Origin: an uncultured bacterium
GTDB lineage: Bacteria; Bacillota_I; Bacilli_A; RFN20; CAG-826
Direction: 5' to 3'
Assembly: GCA_949299395.1 (NCBI GenBank)
Contig: CASGAB010000002.1
Location: forward strand, 113,051 to 177,050
Length of the DNA stretch: 64,000 bases
In this document: positions 41,301 through 51,749 of the stretch, piece after piece
How the letters are laid out: every line of letters begins with the position of its first letter
How positions within the stretch are numbered: position 1 is the stretch's first letter
Made by a program: the position numbers and the translations under genes
The notes under the pieces: model-generated
Told to the model about the DNA's origin: nothing
What the model saw: only the letters and a program-made list of their open reading frames with translations
Databases searched by the model: none

Positions 41301-42301
41301 GTGAATTATTATTAAAAATTGAAAATATTGCTAAGTTTTTTGGACCTTTAAAGGTTTTAAAAGATATTTCTTTAGAAGTTAATAAGGGCGATGTTATAGC
41401 TATTATTGGACCTTCCGGAAGTGGCAAATCAACGTTTTTAAGATGTTTAAATCTTTTAGAAACTCCTACAAGAGGTAAGTTAACATTTAAAGGTGAAGAA
41501 TATTTTAATATCGCTAATTGTAAAGATGATTTCGTTGATTATGAAAGATATGTTCATGATTATGATGCATATAAAGAACTTTATATTGAAAAAGAAGATA
41601 ATTATGCAATCGTTTTAAATAAATATTTAGAAGATAAAAAAGCTAATAAAGATTTAAAACCCGAAATCAAAGAAAAGAAGAAAGAATTTAATTACGTTAA
41701 AAAACATCCTGTTTTAAAAGAAAGTTATTTCGACAAAGAAGCTTATAAAGCTGCAATCAAAGAGAACCCAAATGTTATTATTCCTTCTAAAAAGATCAAT
41801 GAAATTAGAAGTAAAATGGGAATGGTTTTCCAATCATTTAATTTATTTAATAACTACGATGTATTAGCAAATTGTACTTTAGCTCAACAAAAAGTTTTAA
41901 AAAGAAAATATAGCGAAGCTAAAGATATTGCAGTTCATAATCTTACACAAGTTAATATGCAAGATAGAATGAACTACAAAATTAAAGAACTTAGCGGCGG
42001 TCAAAAACAAAGAGTCGCTATTGCTAGATCTTTATGTATGAATCCTGAAATTTTACTTTTTGATGAACCTACATCAGCTTTAGATCCAGAAATGGTTAAT
42101 GAAGTTTTAGATGTTATGAAAACATTAGCAAATCAAGGAATGACAATGATTGTTGTTACCCATGAAATGAACTTTGCTAGAAACGTTTCAAATAAAGTTG
42201 TATTTATGGAAAATGGATACATTGTTGAAAGTGGGACTCCAGAAGAAATTTTTGATCATCCAAAAGAAGAAAGAACTAAGGAATTTTTACATTTAAAATA
42301 G
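41297..42301 (+). CDS. Amino-acid ABC transporter ATP-binding protein with a ~90-aa insertion between the Walker A and the Q-loop.
   Basis: GPSGSGKST Walker [14 protein letters not shown] signature, Walker [12 protein letters not shown]. The insertion is rich in K/E/Y. Confidence 0.8.
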   Translation: MSELLLKIENIAKFFGPLKVLKDISLEVNKGDVIAIIGPSGSGKSTFLRCLNLLETPTRGKLTFKGEEYFNIANCKDDFVDYERYVHDYDAYKELYIEKEDNYAIVLNKYLEDKKANKDLKPEIKEKKKEFNYVKKHPVLKESYFDKEAYKAAIKENPNVIIPSKKINEIRSKMGMVFQSFNLFNNYDVLANCTLAQQKVLKRKYSEAKDIAVHNLTQVNMQDRMNYKIKELSGGQKQRVAIARSLCMNPEILLFDEPTSALDPEMVNEVLDVMKTLANQGMTMIVVTHEMNFARNVSNKVVFMENGYIVESGTPEEIFDHPKEERTKEFLHLK

Positions 42302-42348
42302 GTTAAAAAGACCGATAAAAAAATGTTTATTTTTAATAAACTTTTCTA

Positions 42349-42378
42349 TTGACTTGATACATTACTTTTAAGTAAAAT
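42349..42378 (+). promoter_or_regulatory. Putative str-operon promoter (TTGACT, 18 bp, TAAAAT).
   Basis: Seen in sequence. Confidence 0.35.
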
Positions 42379-42458
42379 ATCTGAGCAACTGAAAAGTTTA
42401 TTTTTTTAGTGTTATTATTGATACACTGGGAATTGTGTATATTGGAGGAAAGAAAAGG

Positions 42459-42878
42459 ATGCCAACTATAAATCAATTAGTTAGACAAGGTAGAAGCAAA
42501 ACTACTGAAAAATCAAAAGCACCTGCACTTTTAAAAAGATATAATTCTTTAACTAAAAAAGAAACAAATCAAAATAGTGCACAAAAAAGAGGCGTCTGTA
42601 CCCGTGTTGGTACTATGACACCTAAAAAACCAAACTCTGCTTTAAGAAAATATGCAAGAGTTAAGTTATCAAACGGATACGAAGTTACAGCCTATATCGG
42701 TGGAGAAGGCCACAACTTACAAGAACACTCTACAGTTATGATTAGAGGAGGTAGAGTTAAAGACCTCCCAGGTGTTAGATATCATATCATTAGAGGTACT
42801 TTAGATTGTGCTGGTATCGAAACACGTAGACAAGGTAGATCACTTTACGGTACCAAAAAACCAAAGGATAGCGAATAG
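42459..42878 (+). CDS. rpsL: 30S ribosomal protein S12.
   Basis: [12 protein letters not shown] start after a ggagg RBS (the ORF-track start 42435 is upstream). Confidence 0.9.
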   Translation: MPTINQLVRQGRSKTTEKSKAPALLKRYNSLTKKETNQNSAQKRGVCTRVGTMTPKKPNSALRKYARVKLSNGYEVTAYIGGEGHNLQEHSTVMIRGGRVKDLPGVRYHIIRGTLDCAGIETRRQGRSLYGTKKPKDSE

Positions 42879-42891
42879 GAGGTAAATAGTA

Positions 42892-43362
42892 ATGTCAAGA
42901 AAAGGATTTAATCAAAAAAGAGACGTTTTACCTGATCCAATTTATAATTCAAAGTTAGTTACACGTTTAATTAACAGAATTATGTTAGACGGTAAAAAAG
43001 GTACTGCTCAAACAATTCTTTATAATGCATTTAAAAGAATTGAAGAAAAAACTCAAAAACCTGCAATGGATGTCTTTGCTACAGCTATTAACAACATCAT
43101 GCCAGAAGTTGAATTAAAAGCTAAAAGAATCGGTGGTGCAAACTTCCAAGTTCCAACTGAAGTTTCTCCAGAAAGAAAAGTTACATTAGGTTTAAGATGG
43201 TTAGTTTCTTATGCAAGATTAAGAAAAGAAAAATCAATGGAAGAAAAATTATGTAACGAAATCATCGATGCAGCAAATGGCACAGGTGGTGCAGTTAAGA
43301 AAAGAGAAGATACACATAAAATGGCTGAAGCTAATAAAGCTTACGCTCACTATAAGTGGTAA
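42892..43362 (+). CDS. rpsG: 30S ribosomal protein S7.
   Basis: 156 aa. Confidence 0.9.
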   Translation: MSRKGFNQKRDVLPDPIYNSKLVTRLINRIMLDGKKGTAQTILYNAFKRIEEKTQKPAMDVFATAINNIMPEVELKAKRIGGANFQVPTEVSPERKVTLGLRWLVSYARLRKEKSMEEKLCNEIIDAANGTGGAVKKREDTHKMAEANKAYAHYKW

Positions 43363-43385
43363 TTTTATAAAAAAGGAAAAATATT

Positions 43386-45458
43386 ATGGCAAGAGAATAC
43401 GATTTAGCTCATACACGTAATATCGGTATCATGGCTCACATCGATGCTGGTAAAACTACAACAACAGAACGTATTTTATATTACACACACAAAATCCATA
43501 AAATTGGTGAAACACACGAAGGTGCTGCAACAATGGACTGGATGGCTCAAGAACAAGAAAGAGGTATTACAATTACTTCTGCAGCTACAACATGTTTCTG
43601 GAAAGAACATAGATTTAATATCATCGACACTCCTGGGCACGTCGACTTTACCGTTGAAGTTGAACGTTCATTAAGAGTTCTTGATGGTGCTGTCACAGTT
43701 CTTGATGGTAAGAACGGTGTCGAACCACAAACTGAAACAGTTTGGAGACAAGGCTCAAAATACGGTGTTCCTAGAATTGTTTTCGTTAATAAACTTGATG
43801 CTATTGGTGCTGATTTTGAAATGTCAGTTGACTCATTAAAAGAAAAATTAGGCGCTAATGCTAAAGCTGTTCAATACCCAATTGGTATTTCATCAACACT
43901 TAAAGGTGTTATTGACTTAGTCAAAATGGAAGCTTGGGATTTCACAGATAAAGATAAACCTGTTCAAATCGACATTCCTGAAGAATATCAAGCTAAATGC
44001 GAAAAATATAGAAACGAATTAATCGAAACTATTGCTGGATTTGACGATGATTTAATGATGAAAGTTCTTGAAGGCGAAGAACCAACAGTCGAAGAAATCA
44101 AAGCAGTCATTAGAAAAGCAACAATTAGCGGTCAATTCCACCCAGTTTTCTGTGGATCTGCATATAAAAACAAAGGTGTTCAATTATTGTTAGATGGTAT
44201 TGTTGATTATTTACCTTCACCACTTGATATTCCTGAAGCAAAAGGTACTGATGCAAAAGGTAATGAATACTTATGTAAAGCAGATGATAAAGAACCATTC
44301 GTTGGTTTAGCATTCAAAATTGCTACTGACCCATTCATTGGCAGACTTGCTTACGTTAGAGTTTATTCAGGCGTCTTAAAATCAGGTTCTTATGTTTTAA
44401 ATAGTAATAAGGACCAAAAAGAAAGAATCGGTAGATTGGTCTTAATGCACGCTAACCACAGAGAAGAAGTCGATCAATTAAGTGCTGGTGAAATTGGTGC
44501 TATTATTGGTTTAAAAAATACTACAACTGGTGAAACATTATGTGATGAAAATCTTGATGTAGTATTAGAAAAAATGGAATTCCCAGAACCAGTTATTGAA
44601 GAAGCTGTTGAACCAAAAACAAAAGCTGATCAAGAAAAAATGACAATTGCTTTAGCAAAACTTGCTGAAGAAGACCCAACATTCAAAGTTTCAACTTCTG
44701 AAGAAACAGGTCAAACAATTATCGCTGGAGTTGGTGAATTACACCTTGATATTATCGTCGATAGATTAAAGAGAGAATTCGGTGTCCAAGTTAATGTTGG
44801 TAAACCACAAGTTGGATATAGAGAAACTATTAAAGGCGTCGGCGATTGTGAAGGTAAATATATCAAACAATCTGGTGGTAGAGGTCAATATGGTCATGTT
44901 GTTATCAAATTCGAACCTAACCCAGGTAAAGGATTTGAATTCGTCAATGGCATCGTTGGTGGTGTTATTCCAAAAGAATACATTAAACCTACACAAGATG
45001 GTCTTGAAGACGCTTTAAATAGAGGTTTAGTTGCTGGTTATCCAGTTATCGATATTAAAGCCACATTATTTGATGGTTCTTACCATGATGTCGACTCATC
45101 TGAAGCTGCTTATAAGATTGCTGCATCAATGGCATTAAAAGAAGCTGCTAAAAAATGTAGTCCAGTTATCTTAGAACCAATCATGAAAGTCGAAGTTACT
45201 GTTCCAGAACAATATTACGGTGATGTTATCGGTGATATCTCAAGAAGAAGAGGTCAAATGACTGGCGAATCTCAAAGAGGTAATGCAAAAATTATCGATG
45301 CTGAAGTTCCACTTGCAGAAATGTTCGGTTATGTTACTGACTTACGTTCATTCACTCAAGGCAGAGGTTCATACACAATGGAATTCTCACACTTCGGTGA
45401 AACACCTAAATTCATTCAAGACGAAATTATTAAAAAATCAGGAATGAGCGGACGTTAA
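43386..45458 (+). CDS. fusA: Elongation factor G.
   Basis: 690 aa; [10 protein letters not shown]1 motif. Confidence 0.95.
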   Translation: MAREYDLAHTRNIGIMAHIDAGKTTTTERILYYTHKIHKIGETHEGAATMDWMAQEQERGITITSAATTCFWKEHRFNIIDTPGHVDFTVEVERSLRVLDGAVTVLDGKNGVEPQTETVWRQGSKYGVPRIVFVNKLDAIGADFEMSVDSLKEKLGANAKAVQYPIGISSTLKGVIDLVKMEAWDFTDKDKPVQIDIPEEYQAKCEKYRNELIETIAGFDDDLMMKVLEGEEPTVEEIKAVIRKATISGQFHPVFCGSAYKNKGVQLLLDGIVDYLPSPLDIPEAKGTDAKGNEYLCKADDKEPFVGLAFKIATDPFIGRLAYVRVYSGVLKSGSYVLNSNKDQKERIGRLVLMHANHREEVDQLSAGEIGAIIGLKNTTTGETLCDENLDVVLEKMEFPEPVIEEAVEPKTKADQEKMTIALAKLAEEDPTFKVSTSEETGQTIIAGVGELHLDIIVDRLKREFGVQVNVGKPQVGYRETIKGVGDCEGKYIKQSGGRGQYGHVVIKFEPNPGKGFEFVNGIVGGVIPKEYIKPTQDGLEDALNRGLVAGYPVIDIKATLFDGSYHDVDSSEAAYKIAASMALKEAAKKCSPVILEPIMKVEVTVPEQYYGDVIGDISRRRGQMTGESQRGNAKIIDAEVPLAEMFGYVTDLRSFTQGRGSYTMEFSHFGETPKFIQDEIIKKSGMSGR

Positions 45459-45595
45459 TCGCTCGTTTCTGAGATAAAAAATCAACTAAATATATAATCG
45501 TAAATATCTAGGATATTTATTGATAATATAAATAAAATGCTATAAAATTATATCATTGCAAAGCGCAAGGTATTATTAGGAGGAAATGAATACTT

Positions 45596-46759
45596 ATGGC
45601 AAAAGAGAAATTTGATAGAAGTAAGGTTCATATGAATATTGGTACCATCGGTCACGTTGATCATGGTAAAACAACCTTAACTGCAGCTATCACACACGTT
45701 TTAGCAAAAAAAGGCTTATCTGAAGTTAAAGATTACGATCAAATCGATGCTGCTCCAGAAGAAAAAGCAAGAGGTATTACAATTAATACTGCTCACATCG
45801 AATATCAAACAGTCGACTGTCCTGGACACGCTGACTACGTTAAAAATATGATTACTGGTGCTGCACAAATGGATGGTGCTATCCTTGTTGTTGCTGCTAC
45901 TGATGGTGTTATGCCACAAACTAGAGAACATATTCTTTTAGCTAGACAAGTCGGTGTTCCTTACATTGTTGTCTTCTTAAATAAATGTGACCTCGTTGAT
46001 GACCCAGAATTAATCGACTTAGTCGAAATGGACGTCAGAGACTTATTAAATAAATATGGATATCCAGGTGATGATACTCCAATCGTTAGAGGTTCTGCTA
46101 GAAAAGCATTAGATGGTGATCCTGCTGCTGAAGAAGCTGTCTTAAAATTAATGGAAGAAGTTGATAACTATCTCCCAGATCCAGTTAGAGATACTGATAA
46201 ACCATTCTTAATGCCAATCGAAGACGTCTTAACAATTACTGGTAGAGGTACTGTCGTTACTGGTAGAGTTGAAAGAGGTACGGTTAGATTAAACGATGAA
46301 GTTGAAATCGTCGGTATTAAAGAAACAAAGAAATCAGTTGTTACTGGTATCGAAATGTTCAGAAAAACTCTTGATTTCGCAGAAGCTGGTGATAACGCTG
46401 GTGTCTTATTAAGAGGTGTCAACAGAGACGAAGTCGTCAGAGGACAAGTCTTAGCAAAACCAGGCAGTGTTACTCCACATACAAAATTCACATGTCAAGC
46501 TTACATCTTAACTAAAGAAGAAGGCGGTAGACATACTGGATTTTTATCAAACTACAGACCACAATTCTACTTCCACACAACTGATATTACTGGTACAATT
46601 ACTCTTCCACAAGGAACAGAAATGGTTATGCCAGGTGATAACGTCAACTTCACAGTTGAATTAATCCACCCAGTTGCTGTTGAAAAAGGTACTAAATTCT
46701 CAATCCGTGAAGGTGGTAGAACAGTTGGTGCTGGTACAGTTAGCGAAATTATTAAATAA
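45596..46759 (+). CDS. tuf: Elongation factor Tu.
   Basis: GHVDHGKTT and DCPGH motifs; taggagg RBS. Confidence 0.95.
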   Translation: MAKEKFDRSKVHMNIGTIGHVDHGKTTLTAAITHVLAKKGLSEVKDYDQIDAAPEEKARGITINTAHIEYQTVDCPGHADYVKNMITGAAQMDGAILVVAATDGVMPQTREHILLARQVGVPYIVVFLNKCDLVDDPELIDLVEMDVRDLLNKYGYPGDDTPIVRGSARKALDGDPAAEEAVLKLMEEVDNYLPDPVRDTDKPFLMPIEDVLTITGRGTVVTGRVERGTVRLNDEVEIVGIKETKKSVVTGIEMFRKTLDFAEAGDNAGVLLRGVNRDEVVRGQVLAKPGSVTPHTKFTCQAYILTKEEGGRHTGFLSNYRPQFYFHTTDITGTITLPQGTEMVMPGDNVNFTVELIHPVAVEKGTKFSIREGGRTVGAGTVSEIIK

Positions 46760-46784
46760 TTTATCTAACACAGTAAACTAAAAA

Positions 46785-46815
46785 ATAAGCAGGTTTCTAG
46801 ACCTGCTTTTTATTA
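46785..46815. terminator. Bidirectional terminator (AAGCAGGT-ttctag-ACCTGCTT + T-run) between tuf and zupT.
   Basis: Seen in sequence. Confidence 0.7.
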
Positions 46816-46824
46816 TGCTTACTT

Positions 46825-47646
46825 TTAGATAAATAACAATATTGTTGAAATAGCAAAGCCTAAAACAAAGATAATTATCGTATATTTTGTTTTATATTCA
46901 TAGTATAAGGATGGTAAAAGTTCAATCAAAAGAACGTATATTAAACTGCCACTTGAGATAGCAAAAATAATTGTAGTAATAATCTCTGGGAAAGAAATAG
47001 AAAAATAAAAACCTGCAATTGCTAAAAGATATGAAACTAATCCATTTAAAGTAGTTAATGAAATAGAGAATAATTTTCCTTTATTGCTTCTTTTAAATGA
47101 TGAAGAAATCGAATAACCAATAATAATATTATGGATAAATAATGAAATAGACATAATAATTCCGCTAATTGGAAGATTACCGTTAAAAAATGTTCCTAAA
47201 ACAAAACCTTCAGGAATGTTATGAATTAATATTGCAAATAAATAAATTAAGCTTGAAACCAAAGTAATTTTTTCTTTGGTGATTAATTCATTAGAGTGAA
47301 CGTGATCATGGCAAGGTTCGTTATCTTCATGATCTTCATCGTGATGATGAGTAAATTTATGAATAAGCTCATGTAATAAATAGAAAATAAAAGCAGTTAG
47401 TGAAATTATTCCTAGACCTATTAAAACGCCATATATTTCCTTATCAAATAAATTAATTCCATGTTCAATGGTATGAGGAATAAGTTCGATAAATAATAAA
47501 GAAACAATCATACCAATTGAAAAAGTCATGAAAATAGAAGTTAATTTTTTATACTCTTTTTTAAAGATAAATGGAAAAATAGAACCTAAAAATGTAGGCA
47601 ATAAAGTTCCAATAAAAGCAAAAATAAATAAATATAATTCTTTCAT
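46825..47646 (-). CDS. zupT: ZIP-family divalent metal (zinc) transporter, ZupT-like, with a His-rich cytoplasmic loop.
   Basis: 8 TM helices, HHHDEDHEDNEPCHDHVH loop; aaggag RBS. Confidence 0.75.
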   Translation of the reverse strand: MKELYLFIFAFIGTLLPTFLGSIFPFIFKKEYKKLTSIFMTFSIGMIVSLLFIELIPHTIEHGINLFDKEIYGVLIGLGIISLTAFIFYLLHELIHKFTHHHDEDHEDNEPCHDHVHSNELITKEKITLVSSLIYLFAILIHNIPEGFVLGTFFNGNLPISGIIMSISLFIHNIIIGYSISSSFKRSNKGKLFSISLTTLNGLVSYLLAIAGFYFSISFPEIITTIIFAISSGSLIYVLLIELLPSLYYEYKTKYTIIIFVLGFAISTILLFI

Positions 47647-47687
47647 ATTTTCAATTTTACTCCTTTTTCTTTATAATAAAAAACGAT

Positions 47688-48869
47688 ATGAAAGTATTTA
47701 TTATAGGTTCATCTTCAGCCGGATTATTTCTTAGTATTTATTTAAAAATTGCTAAACCTTCTTTAGATGTTTTTGCTATAGAAAAAAACGAGCAAATTGC
47801 TAAAAAGATGTATGCAACGGGTAATGGAAGATGTAATATTACAAATCTTAATTTAATCGATGAAGCATATAATTCAGATGAAACTAATGAAATAGTTAAA
47901 AATTTTGATGCTTTGAAAATTATCGATTATTTAAATAATAAATTAGGAATTTTAACAACCTCGATTGATGGTCTTATTTATCCATATTCTTTAAGTGCAA
48001 AAAGTTTTGTCGATTCGCTTATTAAAAATGCAAAAGAACTCGGCGTAAAATTTTTATTAAATGAAAAACTTATAGATTATAAAATTAATGAAAATATTAA
48101 TATAAAGACTTCAAATGCCGATTATATTGCTGATTTTTTAATCTTTGCTACCGGAGGAAAATCTTCTCCTAACTTAGGAAGCGACGGAAATATTTTTTCT
48201 ATATTAGAAAAACATAATTATGAAATCAGTTCTTTAAAAGCAGGACTCACGCCAATAAAAGTAAATGAAAAGCTCGCTGAAATTGAAAACGAAAGATTAA
48301 AAACAGTTATTACTTTAAAAATTGATGAAAAAATCTATAAAGAAGAAGGGGAAGTTATTTTCAAAAAAGATCGAATCAGCGGAATTGTTTCTTTCAATGT
48401 TTCCTCAATAATAAAAAGATATTTATTAAGAAAAAATACCAATGATATTTCGCTTTCTTTAGATTTAATGCCTGATTTTAGTGAAGACTCTTTAGTAAAA
48501 CTCCTTAACAATTTCAAAAAAGTTAATGAAAACTTCTTAGAAGGAATCTTCTCCAAACGAATTGCTTCCTTTTTAAATAAAAGATTTAAAAAAGAAATTG
48601 ATTCTTCAAATCTTGAAGCTATTTCAAAAGGACTTATGAACTTAGAATTTACTTATAAATATGATGATGATTTTGCTTCATCTCAAGTTACAGTTGGTGG
48701 AGTTGAATATTTAAATCTTAATAGTGAATTAGAATCTAAAAACGAAAAAAACACCTATTTTATCGGCGAAATTTTAAATGCTGATGGATTATGTGGTGGT
48801 TATAATATTACTTTTGCTTTTGCTAGTGCTAAAAAAGCAGCTGATAGTATTATTAAAAAAATAAATTAG
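47688..48869 (+). CDS. HI0933/BaiN-family flavoprotein (aminoacetone-oxidase-like NAD(FAD)-utilising dehydrogenase).
   Basis: ATGNGRCNITN family motif; the N-terminal dinucleotide fold (IIGSSSAGL) is a degenerate GxGxxG. Confidence 0.65.
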   Translation: MKVFIIGSSSAGLFLSIYLKIAKPSLDVFAIEKNEQIAKKMYATGNGRCNITNLNLIDEAYNSDETNEIVKNFDALKIIDYLNNKLGILTTSIDGLIYPYSLSAKSFVDSLIKNAKELGVKFLLNEKLIDYKINENINIKTSNADYIADFLIFATGGKSSPNLGSDGNIFSILEKHNYEISSLKAGLTPIKVNEKLAEIENERLKTVITLKIDEKIYKEEGEVIFKKDRISGIVSFNVSSIIKRYLLRKNTNDISLSLDLMPDFSEDSLVKLLNNFKKVNENFLEGIFSKRIASFLNKRFKKEIDSSNLEAISKGLMNLEFTYKYDDDFASSQVTVGGVEYLNLNSELESKNEKNTYFIGEILNADGLCGGYNITFAFASAKKAADSIIKKIN

Positions 48870-49330
48870 TATAAATATATTTTTCTTTCAACGTGAATCT
48901 TATTATCATCATCAATTAAAATAACAGCATATGAACCATCAATATCATCTCTTGGTTTTGTTAAAGAACCTGGATTGACTAAGATGGTTTTTTCATTAAA
49001 AACGCCGCTATAAAATTGATGAGTATGTCCAAAAATAAATAAATCACAATCTAAATCCTTTAAATAGTTTCTCCTATTTGCAATAAAGTTAAAACCATCA
49101 CCATGTTCTAAATGAACTTTTAATCCTTTTATATTAAGATCCCTTTTATAAGGAAACTCGGTTGAATAATCATTATTTCCTTTAACTGCTAAAAATGGTT
49201 TAACTAAATAATCTGGAATACAAAAATCTCCTAGATGGAAGAAATAATCTGCATCAAATTCTTTGTTATATATATCTAATAATGGTTGATAAGAACCATG
49301 AGTATCACTAATTGCGACAATTTTTATCAT
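48866..49330 (-). CDS. YfcE-family metallophosphoesterase.
   Basis: DTHG, GDFC, GNND and GHTH motifs; 154 aa. Confidence 0.75.
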   Translation of the reverse strand: MIKIVAISDTHGSYQPLLDIYNKEFDADYFFHLGDFCIPDYLVKPFLAVKGNNDYSTEFPYKRDLNIKGLKVHLEHGDGFNFIANRRNYLKDLDCDLFIFGHTHQFYSGVFNEKTILVNPGSLTKPRDDIDGSYAVILIDDDNKIHVERKIYLY

Positions 49331-49397
49331 GCAAATATTATAATTTGTTAAAAAATGATTGTCATATAAATTAGAAGTCTTTATTATATTTTTGCAT

Positions 49398-50882
49398 ATG
49401 AGAAAGTATGATTTAGAAGAGCAAAAAAAGACCCCTTATTTAGATGCTTATAAAAAGTATTTAAAGGAAAGAGTAGCTGTTTTTGATGTTCCTGGTCATC
49501 ACCAAGGAAATATTAGAACAGATTTTAATAAGGTTTTTGGTCCTTCTATTTATAAAAGTGATGTTAATGCACCAAGAGGAATGGATAATTTATCTCATCC
49601 AACAGGCGTTATTAAAGAAGCGCAAGATCTTTTTGCAAAGGCTTGTGGAGCAACATATTCAAAATTCTTAATTAACGGCAGTAGCCAAGGAAATTTAATA
49701 ATGTTAATGGCTGCTTTAAAATCAAATGATAAGATTTTAATGCCTAGAAATGTCCATAAGTCAGTAATTAATGGGCTCGTTTTAAGTGGTGCTACACCTG
49801 TTTTCGTAATGCCAGAAATTGATAAAAATACAGAAATTGTAAATCAAATTTCATATAAAACTTGGAAAAAAGCAATTGATGAAAATCCTGATGCTAAAGC
49901 GATTTTTATTATTAATCCAACATATTTTGGTGCAACATGTAACTTAAAAAAGATCGTTGTATATGCACATTTAAAAAACATGGTTGTTCTTGTTGATGAA
50001 GCTCATGGATCTCATTTTTATTTTTCATCTCACTCTCCAATTACTGCAATGGAAGCTGGAGCTGATATGTCGACTTTATCTATTCATAAAACTGGCGGAA
50101 GTTTAACTCAATCTTCAGTGTTGTTAGTTAACGGAAATAGAGTTCCTCGATATGACGTTGTTAAAACTTTCAATCTTTTAACAACAACTTCACCATCATC
50201 TTTATTAATTGCTTCATTAGATTCAGCTAGAAAATATTTAGTTTTTCATGGTTCAAGAACTATAAATCACGTCATTAAACTTGCAAAAGAAGCAAGAGAG
50301 AGAATTAATGAAATTAAAGGTTTCAAAGCTCGCGGAAAAGATTATTTTAAAGAAAACGGTGCTTATGATTATGATGAAACAAAAGTAGTTGTTGAGCTTG
50401 ATAATCTTGCTTTAACTGGTTTTGAATTATATAAAATCTTAAAAGATAAATTTAATATTCAAATTGAACTTGGCGAAACTTACGTATTTTTATTACTTTT
50501 TACAGTTGGAACTAAAAAGAGTGATGTTGATAAAATTATTAATGCTTTAACTAAAATTTCTAAAAAGTATTATAAAGATGATATTATTTATCCTGATCAT
50601 CACTATTTAAAAGATAATTTCCCTCCTTTAGCATTAAGACCTAGAGATGCATATCACGCTTCACTTAAAGTTGTTAAACTTAAAAATGCTTTAAATAAAA
50701 TATCAAAAGAAATGATTATGACTTATCCTCCTGGAATTCCAATTATTATTCCGGGGGAAAGATTTAATCAAAGTGTTATCGATGAACTTACTTATTATAA
50801 AAAGATTAAAGCAAATATCTTAAGTGACTTCGAAGGAGTCAATGAAGTAAGTGTTGTTGATGAACCTAAAAAGAAAAAATAA
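49398..50882 (+). CDS. PLP-dependent Orn/Lys/Arg decarboxylase (fold type I, SpeA/Ldc-like).
   Basis: SIHKTGGS PLP-lysine motif; ~495 aa. Probable start at ATG 49398 (the ORF track uses a TTG at 49359). Confidence 0.7.
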   Translation: MRKYDLEEQKKTPYLDAYKKYLKERVAVFDVPGHHQGNIRTDFNKVFGPSIYKSDVNAPRGMDNLSHPTGVIKEAQDLFAKACGATYSKFLINGSSQGNLIMLMAALKSNDKILMPRNVHKSVINGLVLSGATPVFVMPEIDKNTEIVNQISYKTWKKAIDENPDAKAIFIINPTYFGATCNLKKIVVYAHLKNMVVLVDEAHGSHFYFSSHSPITAMEAGADMSTLSIHKTGGSLTQSSVLLVNGNRVPRYDVVKTFNLLTTTSPSSLLIASLDSARKYLVFHGSRTINHVIKLAKEARERINEIKGFKARGKDYFKENGAYDYDETKVVVELDNLALTGFELYKILKDKFNIQIELGETYVFLLLFTVGTKKSDVDKIINALTKISKKYYKDDIIYPDHHYLKDNFPPLALRPRDAYHASLKVVKLKNALNKISKEMIMTYPPGIPIIIPGERFNQSVIDELTYYKKIKANILSDFEGVNEVSVVDEPKKKK

Positions 50883-50921
50883 CCTTTTGCTTTATAAGTG
50901 AGAGGTTTTTTTAGGTAAAAT

Positions 50922-50950
50922 AAAACCCCTTTTTTAAACAAAAGGGGTAC
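50922..50950. terminator. Hairpin CCCCTTTT-ttaaac-AAAAGGGG, terminator for tRNA-His (minus) and probably for the decarboxylase gene (plus).
   Basis: Seen in sequence. Confidence 0.5.
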
Positions 50951-50959
50951 AATTTTATC

Positions 50960-51036
50960 TGGGGCGAAATACCGGGATCGAACCGGTGAATGCTTGGTTC
51001 ACAGCCAAGTGAGTTAACCGCTTCTCCAATTTCGCC
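50960..51036 (-). tRNA. tRNA-His (anticodon GUG).
   Basis: Reverse complement: acceptor GGCGAAA/TTTCGCC, anticodon stem CTTGG/CCAAG with loop CTGTGAA, T-arm CCGG-TTCGATC-CCGG, 3' CCA. Confidence 0.8.
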
Positions 51037-51181
51037 ATCTCGTAATGCTTAAATATTATAGCGAAAGAGGTTATATAAATCAACAAGTTTATTTACGATA
51101 AAATTCGAATAAATATCTTATTATAAAAATAAAAAAACTTAGCCGATAAAGCTAAGTTTAATTATTAAAAAATAGATTTAA

Positions 51182-51565
51182 CTATAATTCTTTAACCCAT
51201 AAACCGTGGAGATTACAATATTCGAAAACTTTAAGTGGTGTTTCGTTTTCAATAAAGAAATCAGCAACTGGTTTACCTGTATGAGATAAATCAACTCTAT
51301 GAATAGCTTTATCAGTAACTAAATAGATAAATGCGATATGATGCTCTTCCATCATTGGATGTTCAACGCTTCCAACTTGAACATGGACATGATTTCCATT
51401 AACTGTGACAACTGGAACGTGTTTTTCAGTAGCAGCATCAGTTGAGTTTGCACTTAATTCAACCATTGGTTCACCACAGCAAAAAGTTTGGCAACCATGT
51501 GTTCCTGGTAAAAGTTCAATAACTTTTCCACATTTATTACATTTGAATAATCTTAATTCTGGCAT
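51182..51565 (-). CDS. dfx: Desulfoferrodoxin (2Fe superoxide reductase).
   Basis: N-terminal desulforedoxin Cys cluster (CNKCGK...CC), C-terminal SOR domain (HVPV...H...C...H). 127 aa. Confidence 0.8.
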   Translation of the reverse strand: MPELRLFKCNKCGKVIELLPGTHGCQTFCCGEPMVELSANSTDAATEKHVPVVTVNGNHVHVQVGSVEHPMMEEHHIAFIYLVTDKAIHRVDLSHTGKPVADFFIENETPLKVFEYCNLHGLWVKEL

Positions 51566-51749
51566 AAAATTTCTCCTTATTGAATATATATTTATTATAT
51601 TCGCTTTTTCTAGTTTTTAAAGTGGTTTGCACCTATATTTATTATTTATAAAATTTCTCAAAAAGGTTAATACAAATTTATGTATTTAATTTATTATTGT
51701 ACTTATAAAATGATATAATTTTAATGTAGATTTTTGATTGGAGATAATT

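Noticed and set aside
47528-47734. 68-aa plus-strand ORF spanning the zupT start and the intergenic region
   Set aside because: It overlaps the zupT N-terminus in antisense and runs into the flavoprotein gene in another frame, so it is spurious.
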